Assembly (NCBI GenBank): GCA_030141605.1
Contig: JAQGDQ010000083.1
Coordinates: forward strand, 124,001 to 188,000
DNA from: Tubiluchus corallicola
Taxonomy: Eukaryota > Animalia > Priapulida
Reading direction: 5' to 3'
Length of the DNA: 64,000 nt
Shown here piece after piece: positions 37,076 to 50,705 of the stretch. The notes under the pieces are model-generated. The model was not told the origin of the DNA. It ran no database searches and saw only the letters and a list, made by a program, of their open reading frames with translations. A program made the position numbers and the translations under genes. How positions within the stretch are numbered: the stretch's first letter is position 1; every line of letters starts with the position of its first letter.

Positions 37076-37679
37076 AGGGGACAGGACCCAATCTTAAGCT
37101 ATAGCTAAAAGTAATCTAATGTGTAAAATATTAAAAGTGCACATAATTGTTTTTTTATGTGACTTACGTAAAAGAATTATTACCACCAAAGTTTAATTTT
37201 GCGTGCGCTCGGTGTTCATGCGCCATTAGCTACAGTAGTTAAATAGACATAGTATCTGCATCTCGAAAACACATTGCATAAAAAACAAGCACTGTACGTC
37301 TCTGTTCAGTTCTGACGTATTACCTTTTTTTGGTGAAATAGCATGACAACACGGCGGTTTTAAGTTTTAAAGTTTTAAACATAAATTCGACAAGTTTTTT
37401 GTGTACCACAGTCAATGTTGTACAGTAGCATTATACTTCCATTTCTGTTTTTTGCAAACACTTGCATCAAGCTCGTTGAATGTTTGGCTGTTACAAAACT
37501 GTGTTCAGTTCTGACGTCATCGCTTGCTGGTATCTCCAGCCGTCAGTTAAGTTTTTAAACTATTATTTTATTATCACAAACACTTTAGCATTATTATAGA
37601 TGCTAAAATGTATGCGGTATACTTTTTGCTGTATACTTATAAATATAGGGCGGCATGTGAAAAATCATCCTGTTTTCCT
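37076..37679 (+). mobile_element. MITE family A copy
   Basis: TTAA|AGGGGACAGGACCCAATC ... ATCCTGTTTTCCT|TTAA. Shared internal GACTTACGT..AATTATTACCAC and TACAGTAGCA motifs. Confidence 0.8.
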
Positions 37680-39554
37680 TTAACTAGTTTTCGCTTGTTT
37701 TTTTTTCTTAATTAAATTGATCACAAATATTTATGGTTAAATAGCTACTTAATTTTTGCACATTTGTACGACCCGTGAAGGTGCAAAAACGAATCACTTT
37801 CTCCAGTAAACATCCTTGCAATTTTATTTATTTATGATGAGTTACGAAAATCATTTACGATGAGTTAATAGAAACTCTTCAGTTTCTTAAGATGTTAGTA
37901 AAATGTTCTCAAGTTTTTTTTTGAGATGCCGTAAAAATTTCTACGACATTAAAGATTGACATGAAATGAAAACGGCATTAAAGTAGGCAGCCTGACAATG
38001 GTCATGAAACACGATGGACGATTGACTTCAACGACCTTTCTAGTGCCTCTAAATTGGATTTATTTGCTCACGAAACAACGCAACTCCTGTTGTCAAGCTG
38101 AATGAGCCTAACTAAGCATCACTAACAATGCTTCACATTTCGTTACTCGCATTAGACACGTGTCCTGCGAGCAAATGACAGTTTCCCGGTTTTCTTTACT
38201 TTCACAGTTTTTAGTTTGTATAGAAATTGTAATGAAATTACCTGTATTCACCATCGTTAAAATTAAGTGAGAGAGATATCACTGCATACAGTGGCTGAAT
38301 TTTTGCTGACGTCTTAAATATATGAACAACTTGTGGGTTTCTGTAGTCTTACCACAGTAATTTCTCTATGGGTCTCTGTGTGCAATTTCTTTTACAGAAA
38401 CAAAGAAGAATTGAATTAAATTGTTGAAAGTACTGGTATGGGCAAGAAACGTTGAACGCACTAGGCACAGAAGTTACTAGAACTAGAAGTAGATATAATA
38501 TAAATGTTTCGGTGTTTTTTCTAATATTGTAATCTATTTTCTAAATTTTATCCTACTTTTTATCCTCAGAAATAACAAATTCAACAAAGTTGCTGAGGAA
38601 ATGAGTCATAACAGCAGTCTCATTGAGAAATTCCGGTGACTGTGTACCCGACGTCGATTAGTCGCCACCAGAGCTACGAATGGCGACAATATAGGTTATT
38701 AAAACAAGTGCACGTTCTTTATTCAGAATTAAGTGATTCTTTTCATGGTTTTGTCGGCTTTAATCTATTACGGTCTTTTCCGGTACGAGGTCGCCTATTA
38801 TTTGGTGAACCCTTTACACGTGAGCGTAAGAGTATTACTTGATTGTCAGCAATTAAACGTGGACAAATTAATTGCAGACGATCACTTAATTACATACAGG
38901 TAGCCGTTTAATTTTAGTAGGCAGTATGTATATGTCTTGGATTTGTGTACAGTTTCCACATACGGGTGATTTAATTGAGGCAACTTCATGTAAGAATGTC
39001 AAGGATTACTCATCCAAATGACATCCCGCCTCACTCAAGAGGGAGTTACTGAAATTACAAGGGGGCGGTGAGTGGATGCAGAGATAAAATTTGAAAGCCC
39101 ACTTGTGCTTTAGGGCGCAAAACTCGCCTTTTCATTTCAAATTATTGACTCGTCTTAGAGCGAAATAGAAGCCATTTCTATGAAACAATAGCCTGTGTCC
39201 ATATCTAATCACAGGCCAGCCTGTAGCTGTATTTCGAATAGGACTAGTTCAGTCAATGTCATCTCAATCTGAGGAATTTCCCTGGAGGTGGACACACTGC
39301 AAGTCAAATAGCTTTACAGGGCCCAATTAACCTTTACAAAATTGAACGCTGCGTTTCGAATGTATCGAATCTTGCTTGTAAAGTCTTTAAATGACTATAA
39401 AAGTTTGAAAAATGAAGAAAATTTTAAAAACAGAAACAAATCATAAAAAATATTTTATTTTCATTCGACATTTACGATAGATGGCTAGCACACAGTTTTG
39501 CCGCAGAAACAAACGTTTTGCTACGGAAATAGAGAGATCTCTATATGTCTCTGT

Positions 39555-39674
39555 GACTACGGCGAAATCACGTTGAAAACACCGGTTCTCGTCTGATCAC
39601 CGAAGTTAAACAACGTAGAGCCTGGTTAGTACTTGGATAGGTGACCGCCTAGGAATATCAGGTGCTGTAGGCTT
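39555..39674 (+). rRNA. Full-length 5S rRNA-derived sequence (head of a SINE3-like element, probably not a functional 5S gene)
   Basis: 120 nt GACTACGGCGAAATCACGTTGAAAACACCGGTTCTCGTCTGATCACCGAAGTTAAACAACG...TTAGTACTTGGATAGGTGACCGCCTAGGAATATCAGGTGCTGTAGGCTT matches invertebrate 5S with a few substitutions. Solitary, and no oligo-T terminator follows. Confidence 0.9.
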
Positions 39675-40124
39675 GCGGGATGCGCACACTGTATCTCGAC
39701 ACTAGGCGGAGGAGCTGCACAAGCAGCCAACGGTTAGAGGGCGGAGGAGGTCAAGAGACCCAACGGCCATGTGTAGAGGAGTAAACCTTCCAAATCAGGA
39801 GTGGAGCCCCGAAGGCGGACCAATGCAGCATGCTCACTGACTCCGGCACCTCCTGCAGTCAACCTAGTACTAAACGTATCGCTCTGCTTTCTCTGCACTA
39901 CACCAGGGAGGAAGAGAGGGGTTCCTGTTGTCTGGGCAACTCAGGATCTCCATACACCTTACCCAGGCGTGCGCCCTGGAGAAGCCACTCCAGTGGTTCA
40001 AGGATCGGACTGCTCAGCCACAGTCGACGCTGCAGCTCCATCAATGTGATCAATAACTGACTCTCTTAGCGCACACTCCATTGTCTTCCGAGACAGAAAA
40101 ATGCCAACAACAACAACATCAACA
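39555..40124 (+). mobile_element. 5S rRNA-headed SINE (SINE3-like) with GC-rich RTE-like body and (CAA)n tail
   Basis: The 5S head is joined directly to a ~430-bp GC-rich body (GTAAACCTTCCAAAT..GGAGTGGAGCCCC, CTTACCCAGGC..GCGCCCTGGAGA..CACTCCAGT) and ends in CAACAACAACAACATCAACA. Confidence 0.7.
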
Positions 40125-41214
40125 GAGAGGTCTCTGGTTTTGCACTGACACACAAAACATCCCATTTCTGCATGTAATAAATAGCAAAGCCTGCAGAACG
40201 CATTTCCATTAATGAAAATAACTTAAAATCATCTACGTATACTTGTGTTTGCTTTCCAGCATCTTACTTGTGCAAGGAAAAATCCCCGGAATGTTGCCCA
40301 AACACATTTACAAGTTATTTAATACGTGAAACATTTTTTTGGCGTTTGGTTTTGTAGTTTTTCACATAAAATTTTTTAAACGTTCTGGGCCACGAGCATT
40401 TGCTATTTGAGTTAAGAAAACCAACTTACAAACAGTGAGCAAAAATTTGAAGCAAGCAAACAAAAAAAAACTCCGCAAACAAAAACACAAGACGATCCAC
40501 GTCCATGTGGTAACTTGCAAATAATCGATATCAAAGAGCCACGCCAGTGTTACACGAACAGCAGACATTAAGGAAATTTCAAACAACAGCGTTAGCGTTC
40601 TTATATATCCCAAGTTCCATGACAAGATCACCATTATTCCTGCTTTCCTCAAATCAGTTTATCGCATGTTTTTATATGTCTCTATAATTTACATGAGATT
40701 GCTATTCTAGTAACTACTTTTTTCGTTGAGTACCTGCGCTATTAGCAGGGGCGTATCAAGACTTTGCGACGCCCTAGTTCTGTGCTGCCCATCTCTATTG
40801 TGAATTTGTGGCTGTTAATGCAATGAGCAGATTAAACAATTACTTGTGGTGTATTAGAAACACTATTAACCTAGTTTCTACGTGATCATTCTTATTTATG
40901 TGTATTTGCACAGCGTTTATATTCGTGCAATTGCGCAACTGTTTGTTGTGTAATACCTTGCATCTGTTTGTTATGTGGTACATATATAGAAGGGGAGATG
41001 AGTAACTGCCTGTGGTGTGTTATAACATGCGCCGTTTACATGAATATGAAAGTATGCACATTTTCCGAGGAGAATAAGAATTTTGTCTAAAACGTGACGC
41101 TCCTCAAACTTTGGCGTCCTAGGCTATTATTAGAGATTACCAGAAAATGAACGTAAAGCGGATTATTTGTAACATTTTTCTCCAACAAAACAATTGCCAA
41201 AATCACATGGCTTA

Positions 41215-42140
41215 TATATATATATATTAATTCTTTATTTGTCATTAAAATGGCTCACTCATTATAATAAAATTGAGTAATCCTCAGCGTAATGTTAAAA
41301 TAACAACACTGTTCAAGACAAATGCGTCCAGTGCAGACTAAAAAAAAAACTAAAGTGCAAAACTAAGGCCTAATTATATGCAATAAATGAACATATTTAC
41401 AAACACAATATTAAAATATTTTTACAAAACAATATTACAAAAGTACATTAAATTTTACATGACATATTTTACACATATATACATTTTTCATGACACAACA
41501 GAAACATGCTTTACATTACATAAATTTCACTCATTACATTTTGTTAATGTTAACTCATTACTTTCACTATTTTTACATTTGACATTACAAAACTGACGTA
41601 ACACGTATTACATTACATAATTTTTTAAAAATTTTACTTTTTTAATCGTTTTATGGAGTCAGGGGCGGGGGTAGATGAAAGTTGAGTCTGTGTAATTAGT
41701 ATCAGATGCACAATGTGGAACTTGACACCTGTTATATTGATATTCTTTTAATTTCTTTTTAAATTGGTGGAGAGATTCTATTAGTTTTATGTCACTGAGT
41801 AGTAAGTTCCATAAATGTATGGCCTGTTTTGATATAGAGTTATTTCCAAATTTATTGTTTACTGTAATTTGCTTTAAATTGTGTGTTCTATTGTTTAAAG
41901 TGGTATCAGGAATGAATGCTAAGGGATTGTTTATAAATGGAATGCTCAGTTTATTGATATATTTATAAAGAAATATCAGTGTTTTGTAATCTCGATAGGC
42001 TTCTGATATTGGTATTTTTGCGGACGCTCTTAAGCTTGTTGCAGAAGCAGCATGTTGTTTAGCAGTTTTGTTAGAGGAGCCATGAATTAATCTAAGTGCG
42101 TAGTTTTGCATTGTATTTAGTTTTCTAAAGTTTTCATTTT
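41215..42140 (-). mobile_element. 5'-truncated LINE (CR1/L2 group) with ORF2 C-terminus and 3' UTR
   Basis: ORF 41659-42111: MQNYALRLI...FLYKYIN...SISKQAIHLWNLLLSDIKLIESLHQFKKKLK (typical ORF2 end). The 3' UTR ends in AATAAA plus a (TA)n tail at ~41215-41240. Confidence 0.85.
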
Positions 42141-45100
42141 TAACGTTTTACGTTTTAACGAGTTACAGCTTCCTGTAACTCGTGCACAAAGACATTCATT
42201 CATAGAGTGTAAATAAATGAATCTCAGTCAAGCATTCACTTCTGCTAGGGACGGCCTAAAGAAAGGGCTCACATTTGAGACACATTTTCTTTTTATTCTT
42301 TGTTTAATCTTACCGTAATTTAATGCAGAATCGTTTTAATGCTTTATAAAATTATATTGGGTAAAATATTGGGCTAATATCGAACAGTGAGCTTCAAGGT
42401 TGTACCAAAAATAACAAAGTGGAATAAACTCTGTTTTTCTTCTCTTTTACTAATGAAAGGGTGGAAAAGGAAGGAAGGAAAAAGAGTGTCTATACTATCT
42501 TGTTATATTCTGTAAAAGCCTAAAACGAATTGTCCGACGTGTACGATATTGGCACATTTCACCATATATTTCAGCCAGTTTTAACTTTTTATTTATCGTA
42601 ATATCGTCTGTAGTTTGCATGCATAATTTACTTTAGTAACTGAGAAATTATTTTATCACTGTAATTTGTATTACGTAAATATAAATAAACACATAATTTT
42701 GGTGTTATTATGTATACAGAAAATGAAGTGGCAATCTCTTACTGATAAACACATGTTCTACAGACGCTTTTAATTCTTACAAACATCCTATGTCTCACTA
42801 ACCTCCATGCATGGAGCGCATCTCACCAAAAATAGCACTTTCCACAATCACCATGTTGTCTTGGTGATTTCTGATTTTTCAGCTGGTAAGTCTTGCAGCA
42901 CAGCTGTAAATAAATGGACTTATTCAAGAGAGATTCTAGGGCGGGAGTAGAAAACGAAAATAAGCGAACCTGAGCATCTAACTTCTGACCAAGTCTTCTT
43001 AATAAAGTTTGTTTTTATTGAAGCACAGCTTGCTTTCTTTAATGATGTTCTTTATGATGCTCGTATAAGAGAAGTCCCTCACTGGAAATGACGCTCCTCT
43101 CCTTTCTGGAGGAGACCGCTGTAATAGCTTCCACTGTCACAGGACTCTGTGGTGCACAGCCAAATTTTGCCAAAGTAAATTAAGACAACATCCAGTAGTG
43201 TAAATTTATTATCTGTTCATCGAATTACTGATATTATTGTCTGACAAAATCTCCTCAGAGTGTTAGATATTTCAGAACAAAAGCTTTAAAAAACGTTTCT
43301 AAGTTAAAAACATCCTCTGTTAATTGAGAGTTGTCACTTGAACTTAGTCTGCAGGTAATTGAGTTTTGGGTCTCAAGTGTCACGCTAATTGGGTGTCGTT
43401 TTAACATCCATTGTCATTCTAACCCTTTGTGCGCTGAATTTTCTATGTGCTAAGTTTACGTAACACCCAAGGTTACAGCAAGGTGGCGCTTGTTTAGCAA
43501 CTTTTGTAATATGATAAACAATCGTGATGACACATCAGAAACAACATGCAGTATCCAAAAAAGCAAATCTGCACGAAATGCAAGCTGTAATTAAAGACTA
43601 TGGCGGCACAAGCATAACTTCGGTTAATACGAACGATGCGCTTGTACGAATTATCCGATGTTCGCATAATACATACATTTTCAGCTGTACACTTGTCCTA
43701 AATAATTTCTGTTACATGCTAATCGTTTTTTTGTTGAATAAAAACTTCCTCCATACTGAAAGTTTTAGCTGACATTATAAACTTGTGTTTGTTTACTCAA
43801 CTTTAACTAGTGGCGACCAATAGGCAGTGCAAGTGATAAGCCGGTTAAGCTTGACTTGGCTTCAATTTTGAAACAAGTTTATCCCACGACAGAGGCAAGT
43901 AATTTTGTGCAGCGTACTCTCATGATTCACTCGCGCCAAGATGGACTGTGTACAAATAACGTTTATACATCGATAATATTTGTATTTGTGAACGGTTATT
44001 TGTTTTTCTAATGAACGAAGTTTAATAGACATGCAAATAAAAAGTTACCTCACTATCATGATTCCTTTAATAATGTCAACCAATCGCATTTTCGCTACCT
44101 AGTTGAAGTAGAAGTTAAGAATGCTGATGAAGCCATGTGCTAAATGTAAAGAACGTGCATTTGTGGACGAACATATATCTTTTATCATCTACCCATCGTG
44201 TTAAGTCAATGAGATTCTAGATGACCACGCAGTGTATGGAAGCAGAAGTAAGTGCAATTGTATCTTCACGAAATTCTAATTCTAATATGTGCACTATTTG
44301 GAGGTGGCGGTTTAAGATGAATGCATCTTTGAATTATTTATCGTATTTAAGACGCACCTTAATGTTTAAAATGGCTGCAAATTATCGATAGTTTGTACAT
44401 TAGGTCAGTCACGGCGTTATGCAAAAATAGGTATCCCAAATTGTCTCTGTAAGGTGTTGGTTAGCGTCTCGTGAGCACAGATTGAATTAAGAAATGTAGG
44501 CGTCCCAGAGCAACCGGTTATAGAGCATCTGGGTGAGTGATGTAAGCTCTCATAGCACAGTCCGCCAAACGCCTCTTTATTGTATTTTTTAGCAATTTTG
44601 AATCCTTTGATGACATATCGCTAATGGCTGATTAACTTAAGTCTAAGAAAGTAAGTAAAATGTGTAAATATCCAAAAAGTCATTCATTCATTCATTTAGT
44701 TAGTTAGTCAATCAGTAAGTCAGGCAGGCAGGCAGTCCGTCAGTCAGTCAGTTCGAAATAAATAGTTAAATCAAATCAGTGAGTGAGTGAGTCAATGAGT
44801 CAGTCAGTCAGTTAGTCTGTCAGTCAGACAGTCAGCCAGCCAGCCAGCTAGTCAGTCAGTCATGATTGTTATTATTGTTTTATCATAAATTTAGTTAATT
44901 AAAGTCAACAATGTGTAGTAAATGAACTTGATTATATGCACATTATGGAGGACCCTCTTACGTGGAAGCCCCGGAGCAGCAACCCCAGTGGCCCTGTCCT
45001 AAATCCACCACTGTGTGGGTGTCGCTTGCAGAATGATTGCTATATTTTGTCATTGCACTTTTGTGACTGAGATCAGCTCAGGAAGATTAATAACCACCTG

Positions 45101-45644
45101 ACAAGACTCAAGGACGAAATGCTCAACTTTTCTTGATGGAAGTTTGAGATGTTTCATCCAATTTCTTCTCTCCCACTTTAATTATTACCGTGCGTGATAG
45201 GAGCTGTATTGTTGCTCGATTTCAAAGGGTTTCACGCTCCGTGTAATTTCAGTGTTGTGAAAATGATAATCTTGGTCAATAATCTTGATCAATCATGTCG
45301 TGATGTGGACAAGCCTTCCTGTTTAATGCGGCCCAATAATTCAAGGATAATATCAGCATAACTTAGGGTGCGTATCCACTGCGCTCGCAATAGTCCGCAA
45401 AGACTCTCAGTTTTCATCACAAAATTTGCATATGTATGAATGCGCATATCCACGGAACCGCAGAAACCCCTCTAATTCCTTACAGAGACCACGCAGTGCA
45501 ATAATGACTCTGAGCCAATTTAATTCAAAACAGCAAGTTTTAAAATATTTCTTTGTTGATTAATTCTGCTTATATATATAAATTTATATTGCTTAATGTG
45601 TGTATGTATTATGACACGTTGTACAAAAAATCTATTGAGGTAAG

Positions 45645-46098
45645 ACAAGATGAGATGAGGTGAGGTGAGGTGGGACGAAATGAGATGAGATGAGATGAGA
45701 TGAGATGAGGTGAGGTGAGGTGAGGTGAAATGAGATGAGATGAGATGAGATGAAGTGAGGTGAAGTGAGGTGAAGTGAAATGAGTTGAGATGAGGTGAGA
45801 TGAGATAAAATGAGATGAGGTGAGGTGAGGTGAAATGAGATCAGTTGAGATGGAATGAGATGAGATGAAATGAGGTGAGGTGAAATGAGATCAGTTGAGA
45901 TGGAATGAGATGAGATGAAATGAGGTGAGGTGAAATGAGATCAGTTGAGATCAGATGAGATGAAATGAGATGAAGTGAGGTAAATTGAGATGAGATGAGG
46001 TGAGTTGAGTTGAGGTGAGGTGAGGTGAGACGAAATGCAATGAGAGGAGAGGAGAGAAGATGCGATGAGATGAGATGAGGTGAGATGAGATGAGATGA
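45645..46098. repeat. (GATGA)/(GGTGA)n pentanucleotide array with internal 50-bp duplication
   Basis: Directly visible. GATCAGTTGAGA recurs at 50-bp spacing around 45840-45950. Confidence 0.95.
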
Positions 46099-46279
46099 CA
46101 TTAAAATAAATAGGTAATTGAATATTTATGTCCGGCTTTAACCAGAAGAAAAGTGTCACACCAGCATGCCTTCTACAGGAAAAACCTATACATGTAGCTC
46201 GGTACGTAAAGTTACGGCCTAAATCCATTCATTTACTTTTATGCATAACGTGCATTTAAAACACAAGAAAAACCATTAC

Positions 46280-46790
46280 ATTTATAAAGGTGAAAAAAAT
46301 TCGTTTTGAAATTTTGTATCACCTACGTATTGCCTTATAACTCATACAGCTTGTATTAGAAGCAATGCTGTGCAAAACTTGTAAATTTAACCTTCCGCAA
46401 TGAGACCGTTAAGAGCAGCCATTTTGACAGTAAGTCGTTTGAAACAAGTTTATATAACATTGCGTAGAATTTGAAAAATAGTCAGAGCATTCGTAGAGCA
46501 CACTTCACCATTAAGCAAAAAGATAAATTGTTGTATCTTCACACTAAGACTAAAAATACGTTTTTTGTGAGTCAGTGGTGCACATTGGGAAGGTGAGTCA
46601 GTGACATTTAACCAGTTGGCGCGAGCATTTTAAATTACAGTAAGAATTTTCGTTTCTACTTACGTAAGTCTCTCAAGCAGGTTACGATAAACAACATAGC
46701 TTTGTGTGTAAAGTATTACGTAGATTATTCTTTTTAATATTCTACACACTTAACATGTACATGAAAAACGAAAATTTCAAATAATAAGCA
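46280..46790 (+). mobile_element. Dispersed repeat family B copy
   Basis: Colinear with 51880-52340 (GCAGCCATTTTGAC..TAAGTC, GAGCATTCGTAG.GCACAC, AGTGGTGCAC, TTACGTAAGTC, TAACATGTAC). Confidence 0.7.
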
Positions 46791-46891
46791 ACTAGTCCAA
46801 ATACCTAACAGCTGTAAGGCTCCATAACAAGTTTATTGTATAAATTTAAAATACTTTAATGCAGTAACAAATGGTTTCTCTAAACTAGGCG

Positions 46892-47227
46892 TTGACTAAT
46901 GAATATATTAGTTTTCTCTTTGTCTTGTACAACTTATAATGTTTACTTTGACTAATGAATATATTAGTTTTCTCTTTGCCTTGTACAACTTATAATGTTT
47001 ACTTTGACTAATGAATATATTAGTTTTCTCTTTGCCTTGTACAACTTATAATGTTTACTTTGACTAATGAATATATTAGTTTTCTCTTTGTCTTGTACAA
47101 CTTATAATGTTTACTTTGACTAATGAATATATTAGTTTTCTCTTCGTCTTGTACAACTTATAATGTTTACTTTGACTAACGAATATATTAGTTTTGTTTT
47201 CGTCTTGTACAACTTATAATGTTTACT
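46892..47227. repeat. 56-bp tandem repeat x6
   Basis: Unit TTGACTAATGAATATATTAGTTTTCTCTTTGTCTTGTACAACTTATAATGTTTACT, near-identical copies. Confidence 0.95.
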
Positions 47228-48093
47228 TATTTTGCTCTTTTTTCAAAGATTGTTTGAACCCTTTCTTACCACAACATTAAAAGTTTTTTAGAGTAAAAAA
47301 ATTATATTTTGTTCTAACAGTATTTCAGCCACATATCAGATTTATTTTCAAGCTTTCTTGCGTTGCGCGCGTGCTTAGCTGATGCAGTTTTTGCAGCAGA
47401 AAATGTCAGAAGGAAAAAATTTGTTTCTGTGCGTGTCTGTTTGTACTTTTAGTGGATACGTGGCCTTAAAAGTATAACTTAACTTACAGCATGTCATAAC
47501 ATTTTACATCATCATGTCAGACGATTTTGTGAGGATAAACTTTGAAAAACATCACTTAACGTGTTTAAAAGCAGCTAGATAAGTAAAGCTGGTGTAGAGG
47601 GTGTGATTATTAGCTGTGTGGTCACTAATAATCTCACTCAATAATCTAACTAATATTTAATCTTTGATAACGAGCTATGCACCGGTCTCGCCACAAACAT
47701 GTACATATAGTAGGACCTGTCGCTGAGTGCTGGAGCGCCATTTGGAAAGTGGCCAACTCTGCAGAGGCTTCGTGTACGTGAAATGTAGCAGACCTCTCTT
47801 TTATCAGGGGATCAACGTTATTATTCAAGAAGACTTGTCAGCAACGACATAGCTGAAACTAAAGTTAATTGAAATATTACTGGCACCCACCTATACCTAA
47901 CCCAGTTCAAGTCCAAATATCAGACTAAGTCAAGGCCAGATTAAAACATCAAGGGGCGAGAATCTACTAACAAAATGTTAATTGGCTTAACACAAGTTAA
48001 AAAACCTTGATCAGCACTGTGAGCTAGGTCAACGCTGGACCATCAGGTTTTGACCACCGCTCTAAGGGCTTTACATTGTTAAGCTCCTTTTAA

Positions 48094-48670
48094 AGCAAAA
48101 CCGGACCCAATGTTAAACTGTAAGTCAAAACAATAACATACTATTTTTTTTCAAAAATGACTTACGCGAAAGAATTATTACCACACAAACACAATTTCGC
48201 GTTGGCGCCACCAGCTTTTCGCTGTTACATACATTTCGCCATTCGCTAGTTGGACGGGCACTAGCGCCTGCATTTCGGAAAGAGTTGCAGAAAAAACAGG
48301 TGCTGTGCCTCTCAGTTCGGATGTGCTAATTTGTGACGAAATCTACACGTTCGACAGCTCTTGCGTGTGTACAGCGGTAAATTTGAAATTTGAATTTTTA
48401 TCTTAAAACTTGCCGAGTTTTACTACAACACACTGAATCTCTTACAGTAGCACTGTACTTCAATTTTCGCTTTCGGAAGCATGCGCTCAGCGAATGTTTT
48501 TGATGTTAAAAATTATGTTAGATGTTGATGTCATCACTTGTTAGGCTCGCCCGCCGTTAATTAAGATTTTAATATATTATTTATCAGAAATGCTTTTGCA
48601 CCTGTTAAAAAGTATACTACTTGCCGTACTTGAAAATGGGGTAGTATATGAAAAATCATCCTGTTTCCCT
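48094..48670 (+). mobile_element. MITE family A copy
   Basis: TTAA|AGCAAAACCGGACCCAATG ... ATCCTGTTTCCCT|TTAA. Highly similar to 6615-7222. Confidence 0.85.
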
Positions 48671-49083
48671 TTAAGCCTGCAACTTGTACGTTGTAGCTTC
48701 CTATTCAGTCTGTGCAAAGAAGATAACCTGTAGTACAAGATTACGTTACGGCTTTTGTATTGCAATATCAACTTTCAATTTGCTAGGAAGGTCACGCTAA
48801 GTGTGCACAATGGACAATAGTAATTCACCGCCAGCTGAAAAGCCAAACTCAACAAAACTGCATGTAATGTCTAACGTATGTGGCAAACGACCAATGACTT
48901 CTTTGCTCCCTTTTTCTTCTCATGCATATGCGATTTTTTTTCATCGCGCGCATCAGGGCGGCTGACCTAACAACTCTTGCATTAAACTGAGCTTTTTTGA
49001 CAGATCTAATATTTATGTAAAATATGTTTTGCGTCCTCCTATCCGTGCATTATATTTATGTCAACTCATTCTGTGTTTATATT

Positions 49084-49112
49084 CTGTCTGTTTGTCTGTC
49101 TGTCTGTCTGTT

Positions 49113-49157
<45 letters not shown>

Positions 49158-49180
49158 GAATGTCTGTCTGTCTGAATGTC
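49084..49180. repeat. (CTGT)n microsatellite
   Basis: Directly visible. Confidence 0.9.
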
Positions 49181-50315
49181 TCAACGTCCTGACGTTCTTT
49201 GTGGCAGCTTTATGCTGCTAATCATAGTAATTAACTCAACTGCTTAAAAAGGACATTTGGCTATTGCCAGTTCAAACCCTTTTATGTAAGAATTTATATT
49301 GCCAGCATATCTCGATAATAGACTGTCACCAGCCTGAAAAAAGGATTTTTGTTTTTGGCCGACTAAAACGTTTCTAAACCTCTTTAAGAGTTTACACTAC
49401 TAGCAGAACTAACCTAGCCCTACTATACATTGGCAATTTGGCTGGCATATTAATGGCAGTCCGACAAAATGATGATGATGATAAGTCTTTATTAGCCTTT
49501 TTTGCAGGCAAAAATTTCTGTACAACTATTAAAAAATTTTACATAGATACTAGAGTGAATTCTACAATATTACATGTTACGCATTCTGTAATTAGCTTTT
49601 CTAATTTGTGCGTGTAACCTTATTTACAGCGATGTTAAACAAGGAGTATTAAAGTGAGCGCTAAAATCAAGGTTATTAATGAAGCAAGCCGACAAAGAAT
49701 GCGTGTAGAATCTAAAAAAACATAATTTTGAGATTAGCTTGACCTTTGATTGCCCCGAGTTACACAGTTACTGTTACTGCAGAGATTGCGCGCACTGTTT
49801 GCCACCCCTGCATACTTCGCAGTAATTAACACGCAACACACGAGGAACTGCTCTAATGGTAAGGTTATATGAAGCCAATCTCGAACTTAACTGCTACCAC
49901 GTGAGTTTCGTTTTGCTCTCTGAGCGCAAAGGACGTAACGACGCAAAAATTGACAGGTTTCATCGCGCCGACGTGTAAAGTATAGACCGCCGACATCTCG
50001 GCGTTTTAACACCGGTTTTTAGGGTTTATCGCTGTGAAGTGCGGCTAGAAGTGATTTGTTATTTGTTCTCGAAAGTCGAAAATCGAAAAATGTTTGTCGT
50101 AAAGTCAAGTTGCTCGAAATGAGATGAACTGTCAAATAATTGACGCTTTTTTCCACATTTTGAGAAGCTTTTTGCGTCTTGATTAAGCTTTATCGCTAGA
50201 TGCAAAGTGAGTATACTTCGTAGTGGAATTAATTAACTCAATTTTGATATTGTATCACCACTATCACCACTGAGCAGCCTGTGACTAGTTCTTTACTACC
50301 TAAATTTTACCTGTC

Positions 50316-50705
50316 TCTAGTTAGACGGGCACCAGCGCCTGCATCTCGAAAACGTGTTGCAGAAAAAAAACAGGTGCTGTCCCTTTCAGTCCAGAGTTGT
50401 TCAGTTGTGACATAGTGCACACATGCGAAAGCTCATGCATGAGAACAGATGTAAACTTGAAATTTGAATTTTAAACTTAAATCACATTGATTATTGTACA
50501 GTAGCAGTGTACTTCAATTTTTTTTTACGAATACGTGCAGTACGCTTGTGGATGTCATTATTATTTGGGCTCACCAGCCGTTAATTACGTTTTTAGCTTA
50601 TTATTTCATTATCAGAAACGCCTTGGCGTGATTATAAGCGTTAAAATGTATCTTTTTCCCGAACTTCAAAATTGGGGAGGATATGAAAAATCATCCTTTT
50701 TGCCT
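50316..50705 (+). mobile_element. MITE family A, 5'-truncated copy
   Basis: GACGGGCACCAGCGCCTGCAT...CAGGTGCTGT...GTACTTCAATTTT...AAAATCATCCTTTTTGCCT|TTAA. Confidence 0.75.

Noticed and set aside
39555-39674. Functional 5S rRNA gene
   Set aside because: Solitary, has substitutions in conserved positions, lacks an oligo-T terminator and is fused to a retroposon-like body and tail.
39835-39890. HDV-like ribozyme in the SINE3 body (ACCTCCTGCAGT resembles P3/L3)
   Set aside because: I could not build consistent P1, P2 and P4 pairings by eye. It needs a structure search.
45095-45125. Hammerhead-like CTGACAAG...GGACGAAAT
   Set aside because: The core is mutated, stem II does not pair and no stem I/III is evident.
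46892-47227. CRISPR-like regular arrays (also 29260-29668, 32959-33100, 57626-57858)
   Set aside because: These are head-to-tail tandem repeats with no unique spacers, no cas genes, and a eukaryotic context.
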